Shown piece by piece: positions 18,728-29,266 of a stretch of 64,000 nt of DNA. The notes beneath the pieces were generated by a model. That model saw only the letters and a program-made list of their open reading frames with translations, did not search any database and was not told the origin of the DNA. The position numbers and the translations under genes are program-made. This DNA comes from a virus (taxonomy: Duplodnaviria; Caudoviricetes): IMG/VR virus record IMGVR_UViG_3300028887_000070, positions 96,001-160,000 of that record; one strand, written 5' to 3'. Position 1 is the stretch's first letter. Each line of letters starts with the position of its first letter.

Positions 18728-21118
18728 ATGTCAGAAACAATAGTAGAGAAGAACATGTTAGGCGAGTACCATGGAGACTATAGAGCTTATGCTCTGTATT
18801 GTGAGATGCAGAGAAGTGTTCCTAATATGAATGATGGACTCGTTCCAGTTCACAGAAGAACTGTACATTGTGCATGGGAGTATTGCCGTGCTTACTTTAA
18901 AGAGAATGAAAGACCCAACTTGATGAAGTGTGCTAATATTATTGGAGCAACGATGGCACACGATCATCCTCATGGAGATGCAGGTATCCAAACTGCTCTC
19001 TATACAATGATCAACTGGTATCAGACAAAGTATCCTCTATTTCTTGGACAGGGTAACTTTGGTAATACATATACTAGTACTGGCGCTTCGCCGCGATACA
19101 CAGAGGCTACCATCTCACCATTCTGTAGAGATGTAGTACTCGATGAAGTTATGCAGTTCAAAGATGTAATAGATTGGACTCCTAACTACGATAAGAGAAG
19201 CTTGGAGCCATTGTATCTACCTACTAAGGTTCCGCTGCTTCTTCTGAATGGTTCTATGCACATGAGTGTTGGTGATAAGGTTGATGTACCTTCACATAAC
19301 ATATGTGAAGTTATTGATCAGACTATCAAGCTCATCAAGAATCCTAAGCATCAGGTAGTTCTTATACCTGATCACACTCAGGCTTGTGAGATCATAGATA
19401 CTGACTGGAAAGAGATGTCTAGAACAGGCTATGGTCTTTATAAGGTTAGAGGTGTAATAGAGATCAAGGAGTACTTCGGTAAGACTAAAAAGTATAAGGG
19501 ACGTACTGTCCTTGCTATACGTAGTTGTCCGAACCTTACTTATCTCGGAAACATCATAGCATCTATCGAGAAGCTCGTTAAGGATAACAAGCTCATCGGT
19601 ATAGAAGACATTGAGGATGAGTCTGGTATCGACGATATGAACTACATCCTCATTCTTAGACCTGGTGTTGATCCTAACTTCGTTAAGGAGAGTATCTATA
19701 CAAACACCAGACTTCAGAACACATTCCGTCTCTATCTGAAGGTGTTCGTAGACGATGGAATGTATGTATCTACCAAGAGAATGAACTACACAGAGTATCT
19801 CACTCACTTCATTGATATCAGACGTATCACGAAGCAGAGATACTATTGTCACAAGCATCAGAAGCTTCAGACTCGTCTGCATGTAGTAAACAACTACATC
19901 TGGGCGTTTGAGTCGAAGAAGGTTACTGATGAAGTGCTTGGACTCATTCGTAAGAAGAAGGTAGTCAACGATGCAGAGCTCATAGAGGATCTGATCAAGA
20001 AGTTCGATTTCACTGATCTTCAAGCTAAGTTCATCATCGATATGGAAGTTAAGAAGCTTTCGCAGGGATGGTATCTTAAGTTCAAAGAAGAGAGAGATCA
20101 GCTTACTGCAGAGGCTAAGATATGTGCAAACATCATCGCTAATGACAATGTACTCGATCAGCTCATCATAGATGAACTTGAAGATATCAAGAAGAAGTAT
20201 GGTGACAAGAGAAAGTGTAGAGTCATCTCAGCAGCAGAGGCATCTGGTATCCCTCAGGGTATCTTTAAGATATCTCTGTCAGAACAGAACATGCTCAAGA
20301 AGTTTGGTCCAGAGGAGAATATCACTGGTACTAGAACTGGAGACACCGTGAAGTTCCTCATCAAGGGAGACAACTCTAAGAACGTACTTCTCTTCGACAT
20401 CAAGGGTAAGGTATTCAATATCCCGATATCGAAGATACCATTCGCAGATAAGTCTTCACCAGGAACAGACATCAGAATAGTCAACAAAAACATCAATGCT
20501 CCTATAACGGCTGTAATCTACGAGCCTTTGTTTGAGCAGTATAAAGATGGTCATCTTGTAGTATTGACTAAGAGTGGACTCATCAAGAAGATGACTATAG
20601 GAGACTTCTTAGCAGTTCCACCTAGTGGTCTTGTGTATACCAAGATCGATCCAGATGACTATGTAGTAAGTGTCAACTTCTTCTATAGTGACAACGCAGA
20701 CATAGTTATCTACAGTCAGAGCAAAGCACTTAAGCTAAACATAGCAGAGATACCTCTCTTCAAGCGTAATGCTAAGGGTAATATCTCTATGGGTGGCACT
20801 AACAAACAAGTAAACGGTATGAGTGTACTTAGACACGATAGTACTGAGTATCTCGTATGTACCACACATGGCTACATCAATAAGATAACTCCAGACTCAC
20901 TTCCTTCTGGAAGAACTAAAGCTGGAAAGTCTGTAACTAAGTTAGTCAAGGGGGACAACATAGTTGCTATACTTGGTGTAAATGAGTCATCGACTATAAG
21001 AGTGATAACTGCTAATGGACAGCATTCAGACATTGCAGTAAACACAATTCCTATGGGTAGCTCAGTATCTGTAGGATACAAGGCCAACTCTGGTATACTC
21101 GGAGCTTGGAACGTATAA
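18728..21118 (+). CDS. gyrA: Type IIA topoisomerase subunit A (GyrA/ParC-like) with beta-pinwheel CTD
   Basis: DGLVPVHRR, HPHGD, GQGNFG, catalytic PRYTEA, LLLNG, pinwheel repeats. Confidence 0.93.
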   Translation: MSETIVEKNMLGEYHGDYRAYALYCEMQRSVPNMNDGLVPVHRRTVHCAWEYCRAYFKENERPNLMKCANIIGATMAHDHPHGDAGIQTALYTMINWYQTKYPLFLGQGNFGNTYTSTGASPRYTEATISPFCRDVVLDEVMQFKDVIDWTPNYDKRSLEPLYLPTKVPLLLLNGSMHMSVGDKVDVPSHNICEVIDQTIKLIKNPKHQVVLIPDHTQACEIIDTDWKEMSRTGYGLYKVRGVIEIKEYFGKTKKYKGRTVLAIRSCPNLTYLGNIIASIEKLVKDNKLIGIEDIEDESGIDDMNYILILRPGVDPNFVKESIYTNTRLQNTFRLYLKVFVDDGMYVSTKRMNYTEYLTHFIDIRRITKQRYYCHKHQKLQTRLHVVNNYIWAFESKKVTDEVLGLIRKKKVVNDAELIEDLIKKFDFTDLQAKFIIDMEVKKLSQGWYLKFKEERDQLTAEAKICANIIANDNVLDQLIIDELEDIKKKYGDKRKCRVISAAEASGIPQGIFKISLSEQNMLKKFGPEENITGTRTGDTVKFLIKGDNSKNVLLFDIKGKVFNIPISKIPFADKSSPGTDIRIVNKNINAPITAVIYEPLFEQYKDGHLVVLTKSGLIKKMTIGDFLAVPPSGLVYTKIDPDDYVVSVNFFYSDNADIVIYSQSKALKLNIAEIPLFKRNAKGNISMGGTNKQVNGMSVLRHDSTEYLVCTTHGYINKITPDSLPSGRTKAGKSVTKLVKGDNIVAILGVNESSTIRVITANGQHSDIAVNTIPMGSSVSVGYKANSGILGAWNV

Positions 21119-21171
21119 GAAACTTGGGTAGAGGATAACACCTCTACCCATCTTTTCATAGGAGGGATAAT

Positions 21172-21897
21172 ATGAGCGAAGCAACTAAGATCAATGCGAA
21201 GATCAACGCACAAATGGAGTTCACCATATCTAATGGTGGAACTATCTGGCTCATGACAGATTGGCATCTCATCCGTTATAACAAGAAGACTGGTGAGTTC
21301 TATGAAAGAGAGAATGCTGCTGATATACTTGGAGCAGCAGTAAGTGCTGTTAAAGAAGGAGACGTGGTTATCTTCATGGGTGACCTTGTTGACTCTGAAT
21401 GCTACTCTGATTATCCAGTAGTAGCACTCTATAGAAAGCTAGCTACTATCTGTAGTGTGTTCAAGAAGGCTAAGAAGAAGTACTTCCTTATAGGAAACAA
21501 TGACACTGACACCGTACAACTCTATAAGGACTTAGGCTTCGATGAAGTGGTTCCTTGTATCCTATTCAGAGGAGACATAGTAATCAGTCACATGCCTTTC
21601 AAGTGTAAAGATGCCAAGTATAATCTTCACGGTCATCTTCATATCGGAGATCCTGATTTGAAATATACTTGCCACTACTGGCCGCAATATGGAGTAGAGA
21701 AGACTCGACAGCACATCAATGTATTCAACAACGAGAGACATCCTGTGGATCTCGTGAAAGACGTTCTCGAAGGCCTCTGCGTCAATGGCGTTCCCAATGA
21801 CCAAGCACCATTGGCTACTACAGAGATGAAACCTAAGAAACGTAATGCACATCTTCTTAAGGAGACTAAGTCTTACTACAAGGAACTTAAGAAGTGA
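21172..21897 (+). CDS. Calcineurin-like metallophosphoesterase
   Basis: TDWH, MGD, GNND, SH, HGHLH. Confidence 0.8.
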   Translation: MSEATKINAKINAQMEFTISNGGTIWLMTDWHLIRYNKKTGEFYERENAADILGAAVSAVKEGDVVIFMGDLVDSECYSDYPVVALYRKLATICSVFKKAKKKYFLIGNNDTDTVQLYKDLGFDEVVPCILFRGDIVISHMPFKCKDAKYNLHGHLHIGDPDLKYTCHYWPQYGVEKTRQHINVFNNERHPVDLVKDVLEGLCVNGVPNDQAPLATTEMKPKKRNAHLLKETKSYYKELKK

Positions 21898-21952
21898 TAC
21901 TATAGGGGTTGCTAGCCACAACCCCTTGTTTTTTGTGAAAGGAGGTTAGAGT

Positions 21953-22549
21953 ATGAACAACAGAATACCTAAATTGCCAAAGATGAGGATAGAGGATCTT
22001 CTCGAGAAGTTCAAAGACGAATTCAGAATAGGACACTGGGATCCAAAAGAGGAAGTGTTTACTCCAAAGGGAGCATTCAACATGTACACCATTTACAGAA
22101 CACTATCTCCACAGCAGTTTGAATCTTTTAGATGTGGTCTTAACTATGACTACACCGAATACCTTGCATGGTATTTTACTACCTACTTCAACTCAACACA
22201 CTATGAACTCTACTACATAGAATTTGACGACGGATACAACTACACTTTCCTTATCTATCAAGATCAGTATGGATATCATCTTGTCATTCCAGATGGATAC
22301 CTTCCAGTATATGGTATCATTGATAAAGGTACTGAAGATGAATGTGTACAGTTCATAGTCAACGTTATCAGTAGCTATAGAATGTATAAACCAGAATGGA
22401 TAGTCTTCAAGTACTTACCTACTGGAATCTATGGAAGCACTATCAGACAGTTCATGGACGAAAGATGGGTATGGAGATGGTACTATAAGTCTTCATGCAA
22501 AGAGAGTCAGGTTCAGTTCTTATTCAAGAGAGTCAATACAGTCCTGTAG
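21953..22549 (+). CDS. Hypothetical protein (Tyr-rich)
   Basis: RBS AAAGGAGG, 198 aa. Confidence 0.7.
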   Translation: MNNRIPKLPKMRIEDLLEKFKDEFRIGHWDPKEEVFTPKGAFNMYTIYRTLSPQQFESFRCGLNYDYTEYLAWYFTTYFNSTHYELYYIEFDDGYNYTFLIYQDQYGYHLVIPDGYLPVYGIIDKGTEDECVQFIVNVISSYRMYKPEWIVFKYLPTGIYGSTIRQFMDERWVWRWYYKSSCKESQVQFLFKRVNTVL

Positions 22550-22550
22550 T

Positions 22551-22560
22551 TATATACTAT
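22551..22560 (+). promoter_or_regulatory. Early-type promoter
   Basis: TATATACTAT. Confidence 0.7.
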
Positions 22561-22582
22561 TAGGATGAAAGGAGGACTAGTT

Positions 22583-22972
22583 ATGGCTAGTGGAGTACGT
22601 ATAGTATCAGTCCCTAGGCGAGTAACTAAAAAGAATGAAGAGCGCAAACTTGATGGATACCACTATGTAGGTATGGAAGACGCTCTTCGAAAATACACCC
22701 ACCCAAGATTTGCGGATCAATGCTGTTGGGTCTATATGCAGAGAGATCCTAAAGATCAGAACAGCATTGTTCCAGACGCATTAAGCATCGTAGGTAAAGT
22801 TATCAACTATGACGATGAGCAATTTACTATAGAGCTCTTCAGAACTGAATGGTATGATGCTTTACCAAAGCCAGAAATCTCTATAGCTTGTACTGGCTAC
22901 AGAGATGTCGAAAACAAGACTATCGAAGTAAAGTCTATAACAGGACTTTATCTAGGTAGCATTATAATCTAA
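22583..22972 (+). CDS. Hypothetical protein
   Basis: Early-type promoter at 22551-22560; RBS AAAGGAGG. Confidence 0.7.
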   Translation: MASGVRIVSVPRRVTKKNEERKLDGYHYVGMEDALRKYTHPRFADQCCWVYMQRDPKDQNSIVPDALSIVGKVINYDDEQFTIELFRTEWYDALPKPEISIACTGYRDVENKTIEVKSITGLYLGSIII

Positions 22973-22988
22973 CCAAGGAGGAATACAC

Positions 22989-24371
22989 ATGAGAACAATC
23001 AGAATGGGTATAATAGTGAAAGACACTAAGAAGCCATTTCCATTCAACCAGGAGAAGGTCGACAGAATTTGCAAGACAGAAGAGGGTTATTCAATCCTCG
23101 TACACGGTGGTGTAAACCACTTTGATGATAGAGCTTGTGTTGCTCTGTTTAGACTCATCATGGCAGGTCAGCCTACAAGCTATACAAGAAACACTATCGC
23201 ACCTATTGAAGGTGATGAGCCTGCATGGGAACATGAAGTTACAATTGCTGAAGAAAAGATAGACAAAATGACCTATCAAAAACTTACCACATTAAGAAAA
23301 GGTAAGTACTCTATCATTTGTGACATTGGCCGTAAGTATGATCCTGAGAAAGGATACTTCGACCATCACCAGGAGCTCGATGAAGCTCATAAGAACTATG
23401 CAGCTTTCGGACTCCTCTGGGAGTACTACACAACTCCAGAAATGAGAGAGTACTACAAGGAGTTCGATCGTTTCGTACATCAGATGGACGATCATGATAT
23501 GGGAGTTAAGAAGTCTCCTGTATGTGATCTGTTCCGTAACTTCAATGCATTCAGTGAGACAACTGGATACAGTGATAATGATGAGACACTCTTTGAGGAG
23601 TCTGTACAGACACTCACTCATCTCTTCAGACGTATGCTTATTAACTCTCATATCAATCGTATCGCAGAGAAGGAAGCTGCTATACAGGCTGAAGTTAAGA
23701 CAGTTAAGAAAGAATCTGGTAAGGAGATGAAGATCTGTATGCTTAGACAGTTCTTCCCTGCTGGAGAAGCATACGCTGCAGAGAAAGGATGCGAACTTGT
23801 AGCATGGAAACTTTCAGAGAATGATGATCGTAATCCTAACTGCTATCACGTTATCTGCGTGCGTCCAGATAGAAGTTCTTACTCTACTCCTGTTCGTTTC
23901 CCTGCTGAATGGGCTGATAAGGAGAACGCTCCAGAGTGGGTACAGTTCTGTCATAAGACAGGCTTCCTTGCAGTAGTGGATACATATGAGCACGCTGTAG
24001 AGTGTTTACGTCATGTAGTACTCAATGAGAAGGCAGATAAGTGCTTTACTCTTACTCTTAAGTGCTCAGACAATGTCAAACTTGAGGATATGTACAATCA
24101 GTACATGTCAGAGTTCGGAGTTATGGGTGACTATAGTGAAGGAAACATCACTATCAAACAGTTCCCAGAGCCAGACAACATGGGTATCTATGAAGACACT
24201 AGAGAACTTACAGTTACTTTCGACTTAAAGAACTGCATGGGTAGCAATCAGCTTCTTAGTATGCTCGGAAGAATGTTCCCTGATCAGTGCTTAGAAACAC
24301 TGTATGACTATCATGACGAGATACTTGAAAAACCTGCAGGTAACTTCCCTTCTATGAACTTCGGCGGCTAA
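22989..24371 (+). CDS. MYG1-family (DHH-related) exonuclease
   Basis: HGGVNHFDD, DIGRKYDPEKGYFDHHQ, YAAFGLLW, FPAEW, FCHKTGF. Confidence 0.8.
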   Translation: MRTIRMGIIVKDTKKPFPFNQEKVDRICKTEEGYSILVHGGVNHFDDRACVALFRLIMAGQPTSYTRNTIAPIEGDEPAWEHEVTIAEEKIDKMTYQKLTTLRKGKYSIICDIGRKYDPEKGYFDHHQELDEAHKNYAAFGLLWEYYTTPEMREYYKEFDRFVHQMDDHDMGVKKSPVCDLFRNFNAFSETTGYSDNDETLFEESVQTLTHLFRRMLINSHINRIAEKEAAIQAEVKTVKKESGKEMKICMLRQFFPAGEAYAAEKGCELVAWKLSENDDRNPNCYHVICVRPDRSSYSTPVRFPAEWADKENAPEWVQFCHKTGFLAVVDTYEHAVECLRHVVLNEKADKCFTLTLKCSDNVKLEDMYNQYMSEFGVMGDYSEGNITIKQFPEPDNMGIYEDTRELTVTFDLKNCMGSNQLLSMLGRMFPDQCLETLYDYHDEILEKPAGNFPSMNFGG

Positions 24372-24391
24372 TCTTATCAAAAGCAACAAGA

Positions 24392-24425
24392 GGAACGGTG
24401 GGAATCATCCCACCGTTTCTTTTTT
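24392..24425. terminator. Terminator between convergent genes
   Basis: GAACGGTGGGA-ATCA-TCCCACCGTTTC + T tract. Confidence 0.8.
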
Positions 24426-24426
24426 G

Positions 24427-25245
24427 TCAATCCCATGGAGAACGGAACAATGGTACACATACAGGTTGCTGTACAGGCGTTTGTGAGGGAGGAGCAGCAT
24501 AACTAGCGTTACCATCTCTTAAAATCGACAGACGCTGTTTAAGCAGTTCACGAGTAGCCCCAAGCTGGTCAACTTGGGAGTTGTCTCCCATGTCAATTGC
24601 AATATACTTCTTTTCAAGTATCTGCATATAGTCATTATAGATCTGATCTTGTGCAAGCTTCTCAATCATCTTCAGCTTGTCGAGGAGTTCAGCATCTATA
24701 TAGTCATGATACTGTTGTACGAATGCATTGTAGTAACCGTATACTCTGTTCGCAGGAACATAGATATACTGATTATGTACAAGCTCATGAACAGTCTCTG
24801 ATAATGGGATGAGTCCTACCATCAGACAGTAGTGTACATAGAGTACTTCATATGCCACTGCCTCTATAGTAAGGAGTTCTCCAAGAGCCATTCTCTTTCT
24901 TATGATGATACTACAGATCTCATAGAGTGTCATAGGAGAGTGATGAATCTCTATCCTTATCTTAGGAGTAAACTCATTCGTTACGTTAGGCAGAAATGCA
25001 CAGTTTCTCATGTCCATATACTCTCTGAGGTACTGTACCATATTCTTGTATTCGAGAGACTGTCTAACAAACCTCTCGAGGTCTTTCATATACCTAACCA
25101 TATCCTTCTCGTCAAACATATCATAGTCCTGGACACCGTACTCTGGTATGTCGTTAGGGATAGTAACTACATCGATTTCATTCGGAGTGAAGGTGTCAAG
25201 AGGATTAGTATCCTCAACTTCTTGGTACTTGTTGTTGTAATCCAT
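24427..25245 (-). CDS. Hypothetical protein with HNH-like motif
   Basis: CAF...IEIHH...LIPLSETVHELVH; RBS-supported ATG at 25245; late-type promoter. Confidence 0.65.
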   Translation of the reverse strand: MDYNNKYQEVEDTNPLDTFTPNEIDVVTIPNDIPEYGVQDYDMFDEKDMVRYMKDLERFVRQSLEYKNMVQYLREYMDMRNCAFLPNVTNEFTPKIRIEIHHSPMTLYEICSIIIRKRMALGELLTIEAVAYEVLYVHYCLMVGLIPLSETVHELVHNQYIYVPANRVYGYYNAFVQQYHDYIDAELLDKLKMIEKLAQDQIYNDYMQILEKKYIAIDMGDNSQVDQLGATRELLKQRLSILRDGNASYAAPPSQTPVQQPVCVPLFRSPWD

Positions 25246-25332
25246 ACAAATGCCTCCTTTCAGGTATTTACCATGATGTTTCAACAAAAAAGAAACCTGA
25301 GCGTACTGCTCAGGTCCCTTAGTGTTTTACTC

Positions 25333-25668
25333 TTACAGAACGTTCCAATAGCCGTCAAAGATATACACTCTAACAGACGGATAGTCGGGCCATGTCTCAA
25401 ACATGGTATAGCCTGCCCATGATGGCATAAGGAATCGGTACTCGCCATCGATGACTACCAGTAGGCAACCATCGAACTTCTGTACCATCTCTCTTATAGT
25501 CCATCCAGGGAAGTATGCATGATCGTCTCCACTCTTCAAACGTGGAGCTGTAGTGACTATCTTCTTACCGAATGTGTTCTTGATGTCTTCTATCGTCTTG
25601 TAGTCCGATAGCTTAAACGTGAAGTTTAAGGGCTTCTTGTATTCTGTGATTGTTGCAGATCTTTTCAT
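25333..25668 (-). CDS. Hypothetical protein
   Basis: GAGGAG before ATG 25668. Confidence 0.65.
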   Translation of the reverse strand: MKRSATITEYKKPLNFTFKLSDYKTIEDIKNTFGKKIVTTAPRLKSGDDHAYFPGWTIREMVQKFDGCLLVVIDGEYRFLMPSWAGYTMFETWPDYPSVRVYIFDGYWNVL

Positions 25669-26077
25669 AGTTGAACTCCTCTCCAAATCTGTTCTTGAAT
25701 GCTCGTATGATTTCATTCTCTAGTATCGCATAGCAATAGAATGATTCAACAGGTGTATCATCATCAAAAGAATAACCCATACCCCATCCTCCAAGTCGTA
25801 TACGTATTCTATCGAAGGTATACAAGATGGCTGGGTAGGAAACTTTTTCTGATAATGATATAGACCTCTTTGATTCTTTGTAAATCATACCACGTATCAA
25901 TACTCTTATGTACGTATCGATACTCATTGTACTTGCAGCCTGTACAATGTATCTTTTAGCTGTTTCTACTAGTTTATCTAGGAACAAGTTCACATAATAA
26001 TCCTCCGTGAACTTTTCCTGATAGATCTCTTCACACACTGATTCTGGTGTGGATGATACTTGAGCAAATATACTCAT
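25613..26077 (-). CDS. Hypothetical protein
   Basis: AAGGAG before ATG 26077; early-type promoter at 26154-26163. Confidence 0.65.
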   Translation of the reverse strand: MSIFAQVSSTPESVCEEIYQEKFTEDYYVNLFLDKLVETAKRYIVQAASTMSIDTYIRVLIRGMIYKESKRSISLSEKVSYPAILYTFDRIRIRLGGWGMGYSFDDDTPVESFYCYAILENEIIRAFKNRFGEEFNYEKICNNHRIQEALKLHV

Positions 26078-26209
26078 AGCTTTGTCTCCTTTCATATAGA
26101 TTAGGTCTAAGACCCATAGTGATGTACAGAGTTGAGTGACTCTATACATATCTATAGTATATAATGGAGACGAAGATTCCGAGATCCACTAGGGATCTCG
26201 GAGTATCTC

Positions 26210-27088
26210 TTACTTACTGCACCAGTCCATGATAGCGTTCTGTACATACTGCTCAAGGTTAACGATAACCTTCTTACCGTCTTTAGTTGCAAGAGCAACT
26301 CTCTTACCGCCATCAACGATGATAGCAGACTCATACAGAGTCTCGAATGTATCAACGATGAACTTAACGTTAGCAGACTCTTCTTTGATGAAATCACATA
26401 CCTGCTGGTTCATGATAGGAGTGAGTATACCATCAGTAGCAGCAGCTTCTGTGATCATAGCCTTTCTGTGAAGTTCATTGTCTACGAGAGGCTTTCCGTT
26501 TATACCTACTATAGCAGACTCATTGATAGTCTTGTTCTTATCCTTAGGATCGATGAGATGACTTGTATAAGCTCTCTTATGAGACGGGAAGATAACGTGG
26601 TCCCAAGTGATGATTCTGATGTTTCTTACGTGACATCTACCATCCTTAGAGCGATCTACACTACCCAATGCTCTGAGTGAGAATGCAGGCTTGCATCCAT
26701 CAATGAGATCCTGGTTAAACATAGCACCAAGTTCATTGTTAGTTCCATGGAAGTTACCATGGATATCCTTACCATCTCTCCATACCTTGTCGAACTGTAC
26801 GCAGACAAGCTTAGGATCGATTACACTCTGTATAGAGAGTTCATTGCTAGAAGGATGTCCTGCATGACCTCTAAGGTATCCTGCCTTAATGAGTTCCTGA
26901 AGACGCTCACCGTTCAGCTCAGGATCCATTTCCTTAGTTTCGTAGATACGACCATTTCTGTTCTCTATCTCAAGGTCCTGCAGTATACCAGTAGCATATA
27001 CTCTGCCACCTTCCTGTGAGATGACTACAGAATCTGATTCAGTGACTGACTCGTTGATAATCATACCAACACATACATCTTTGTTCAT
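26210..27088 (-). CDS. Prohead core protease (T4 gp21-like)
   Basis: NRNGRIY, GHAGHP, FSLRALGS, TWDHVIFPS. Confidence 0.85.
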   Translation of the reverse strand: MNKDVCVGMIINESVTESDSVVISQEGGRVYATGILQDLEIENRNGRIYETKEMDPELNGERLQELIKAGYLRGHAGHPSSNELSIQSVIDPKLVCVQFDKVWRDGKDIHGNFHGTNNELGAMFNQDLIDGCKPAFSLRALGSVDRSKDGRCHVRNIRIITWDHVIFPSHKRAYTSHLIDPKDKNKTINESAIVGINGKPLVDNELHRKAMITEAAATDGILTPIMNQQVCDFIKEESANVKFIVDTFETLYESAIIVDGGKRVALATKDGKKVIVNLEQYVQNAIMDWCSK

Positions 27089-27116
27089 AGGGTTTACCTC
27101 CTTTGAGTGATATTGT

Positions 27117-27128
27117 TACTAAGATGTT
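27117..27128 (-). promoter_or_regulatory. Late-type promoter (prohead protease)
   Basis: AACA TCTTAG TA. Confidence 0.7.
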
Positions 27129-27255
27129 TGAGAAGAACCATTCAGAAGGGTTTCTATAGTAATATCTATAAACGAACCCGTTTGGGAGGATTACAGAATA
27201 CACTTTTACACAAGCAGAACATAATAGTAATCTCCTCTAGAAAGGAGTTGGTGGC

Positions 27256-27453
27256 TTGAGTAAGCCAATAAAGAGCCATTACGAAAGAGGAAGCTTCTTA
27301 GAGCATCTTGCTTCAATGACACCAAGCGAGATCAATGAGTTCCTTAGGACTAATGGTAAAAGTAAACCAGTCAACCCATTTATAAGAATCGATCCTAGAG
27401 ATAGGTTCGATCAAACTACAACCAAACAGGAGGACAAAGACTATGGCAACTAA
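27256..27453 (+). CDS. Small hypothetical protein
   Basis: AAAGGAG + TTG; late-type promoter at 27218-27229. Confidence 0.6.
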   Translation: MSKPIKSHYERGSFLEHLASMTPSEINEFLRTNGKSKPVNPFIRIDPRDRFDQTTTKQEDKDYGN

Positions 27454-28015
27454 CAAGAATGCTACAGCCAACACAGAAGAGATGGGAGTTACAGCTCTCG
27501 TCAACGACATCAAGACTCATCTCACACAGAAGAGTGCTTCTACAAGAGATGAAGTAAGAGTAATGAAAGCAATGCTCAACGACACAAGCTTCAAGTATAC
27601 TGAGTACTCAAACAGCGGTGTTACACAGCATTGTCCTGCAACAGAATTCAGAGGAATGGTAGCAGGTATCGTATCAGCAACAACAAAAATGCCTAAGGCT
27701 GAGGCTGAGACACTCGTTAACAAGTATGAGGCTAAGAAGAGCGACGCTGAGACAATGGTAAAGCTCTCTAAGGACTTCATGAACACAGCTCTCAGAACAG
27801 GAAGAAGTGTAAACCTCGGCGGTACAGAGAAGAGCAATATCTCTATTCAGCTCAAGGACGTTGAGATGACAACTAAGAGATATCCCAAGAAGGTCGGCGT
27901 TAACCAGGATGGTTCTATCCGCTACGAGAACGCTGAGTCTATCGTACCTGCTCATGAAGGACTCAAGGTTAAGTCACCTTGCCCTGATTGGGTATCAGAC
28001 AAGAAGAAGAAGTAA
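27443..28015 (+). CDS. HU/IHF-like DNA-binding protein
   Basis: MPKAEAETLV...ALRTGRSVNLGG...beta-arm...IVPAH; basic. Confidence 0.55.
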   Translation: MATNKNATANTEEMGVTALVNDIKTHLTQKSASTRDEVRVMKAMLNDTSFKYTEYSNSGVTQHCPATEFRGMVAGIVSATTKMPKAEAETLVNKYEAKKSDAETMVKLSKDFMNTALRTGRSVNLGGTEKSNISIQLKDVEMTTKRYPKKVGVNQDGSIRYENAESIVPAHEGLKVKSPCPDWVSDKKKK

Positions 28016-28415
28016 TCTCATCTGAGATTACTCTTCACATACAATCTTTTCCATTCAATCAAGTGTATATGATGACCAACTGACAAGCAACACTGTACCC
28101 AGTCCAGGTAGGACAACGTTTTGGGAGATTTGTGTATATGAGAGCAGTACGCGCGTCAGTCTCATCTTACATGGACTAGCCTGTCATAATAACTATGGCG
28201 TTATCATTTCGTATAATATCCTAGCTCTATATAACATACTAGCTCCCGCCTACTGGGTTAAGTAGGAAACCACCAAAGAATACGCTCCCAATCGTATTCT
28301 TCCCTTCATTACAATAACTTCTAGCAATGTGTATGCAATCATTTCTATTTGGCAATCTAATACTAAACCCTATGATTTGGCCCACTGGGTGTTCCCCAGT
28401 GGGCATTCTTTTTGT
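28016..28415 (+). ncRNA. Candidate structured ncRNA or long 3' UTR B
   Basis: About 400 nt with no RBS-supported ORF; many stems; ends at terminator 28380-28414. Confidence 0.45.
28380..28414. terminator. Terminator between convergent units
   Basis: GCCCACTGGG-TGTTC-CCCAGTGGGC + T tract. Confidence 0.8.
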
Positions 28416-28418
28416 CGC

Positions 28419-29231
28419 TTAGATATAGTCGTTAGTTACTACTGCAGACTCATCTACGTTCTTCATACGTCTCTTCATCAGGAAGTTGTATTCCTTGTTG
28501 AAGGTAGCAAGCCACTCATCGAGTTTGCTCTGAACGTGAGACTTGTCTGAAGCATCTCTTGCTTCCTTGGTTATATCGATGAGCTTTCTGAGAGTCTCAC
28601 TGACTGCAGTACAAGCTGTCTCATAGTCATATGTCTTCTCAGTCTCTACACCCATCTCAGGAACATACTTAGCAGCATTGCAGAAGTTATCAAGCTCACA
28701 AGCTTCATCCTCAAGAGCAAGCTCTGCTACTGTATCAGTGATGTACCATAACTTACCGACAAGATTGTCTGTCATTGAGTGTATAGTATCGAACTTCTTA
28801 CCAGCACACATGAGGTGTACATGCTCGAAGTTGTTTGTTGCAACGACGACTGCGTATGCAACTTTAGCGAGGAGTCCAGACTCCTGTGCACAGCACTCTC
28901 CTGAATCTGATGAAGACTCATCGTCTCCGAGATAATCATTAGAACTATAATCATCATCGGAATCGCTCCAATCGGAGTCATCCTCCGACGAATCCGAATC
29001 TTCTTCGTCGCCAAGGTAGTCATTACCTTCAATATCACTATCACTATCAGAAGAAGAATCATCATCCTCTTCCTCGGAATCAAGATCATCAAGGTAGTCA
29101 TTTCCATCGCTAGAAGAATCATCGTCGTCATCATCCTTCTCGTCTTCGTCCTTTTCATCGTCGAGCTCTTCATCTTCGTCGTCTTTCTTCTTCTTGAGCT
29201 CGTCGTCATCTTCTAAGAATACGTTAGGCAT
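28419..29231 (-). CDS. Dps/ferritin-like protein with acidic N-terminal extension
   Basis: HVHLMCAGKKFDTIH...DTVAEL matches the Dps H-x4-G-x2-F-x3-H...D-x2-AE pattern; about 110 aa D/S-rich leader. Confidence 0.65.
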   Translation of the reverse strand: MPNVFLEDDDELKKKKDDEDEELDDEKDEDEKDDDDDDSSSDGNDYLDDLDSEEEDDDSSSDSDSDIEGNDYLGDEEDSDSSEDDSDWSDSDDDYSSNDYLGDDESSSDSGECCAQESGLLAKVAYAVVVATNNFEHVHLMCAGKKFDTIHSMTDNLVGKLWYITDTVAELALEDEACELDNFCNAAKYVPEMGVETEKTYDYETACTAVSETLRKLIDITKEARDASDKSHVQSKLDEWLATFNKEYNFLMKRRMKNVDESAVVTNDYI

Positions 29232-29266
29232 AACGTGTTCCTCCTTTCAATAATTTATTATAAGGT

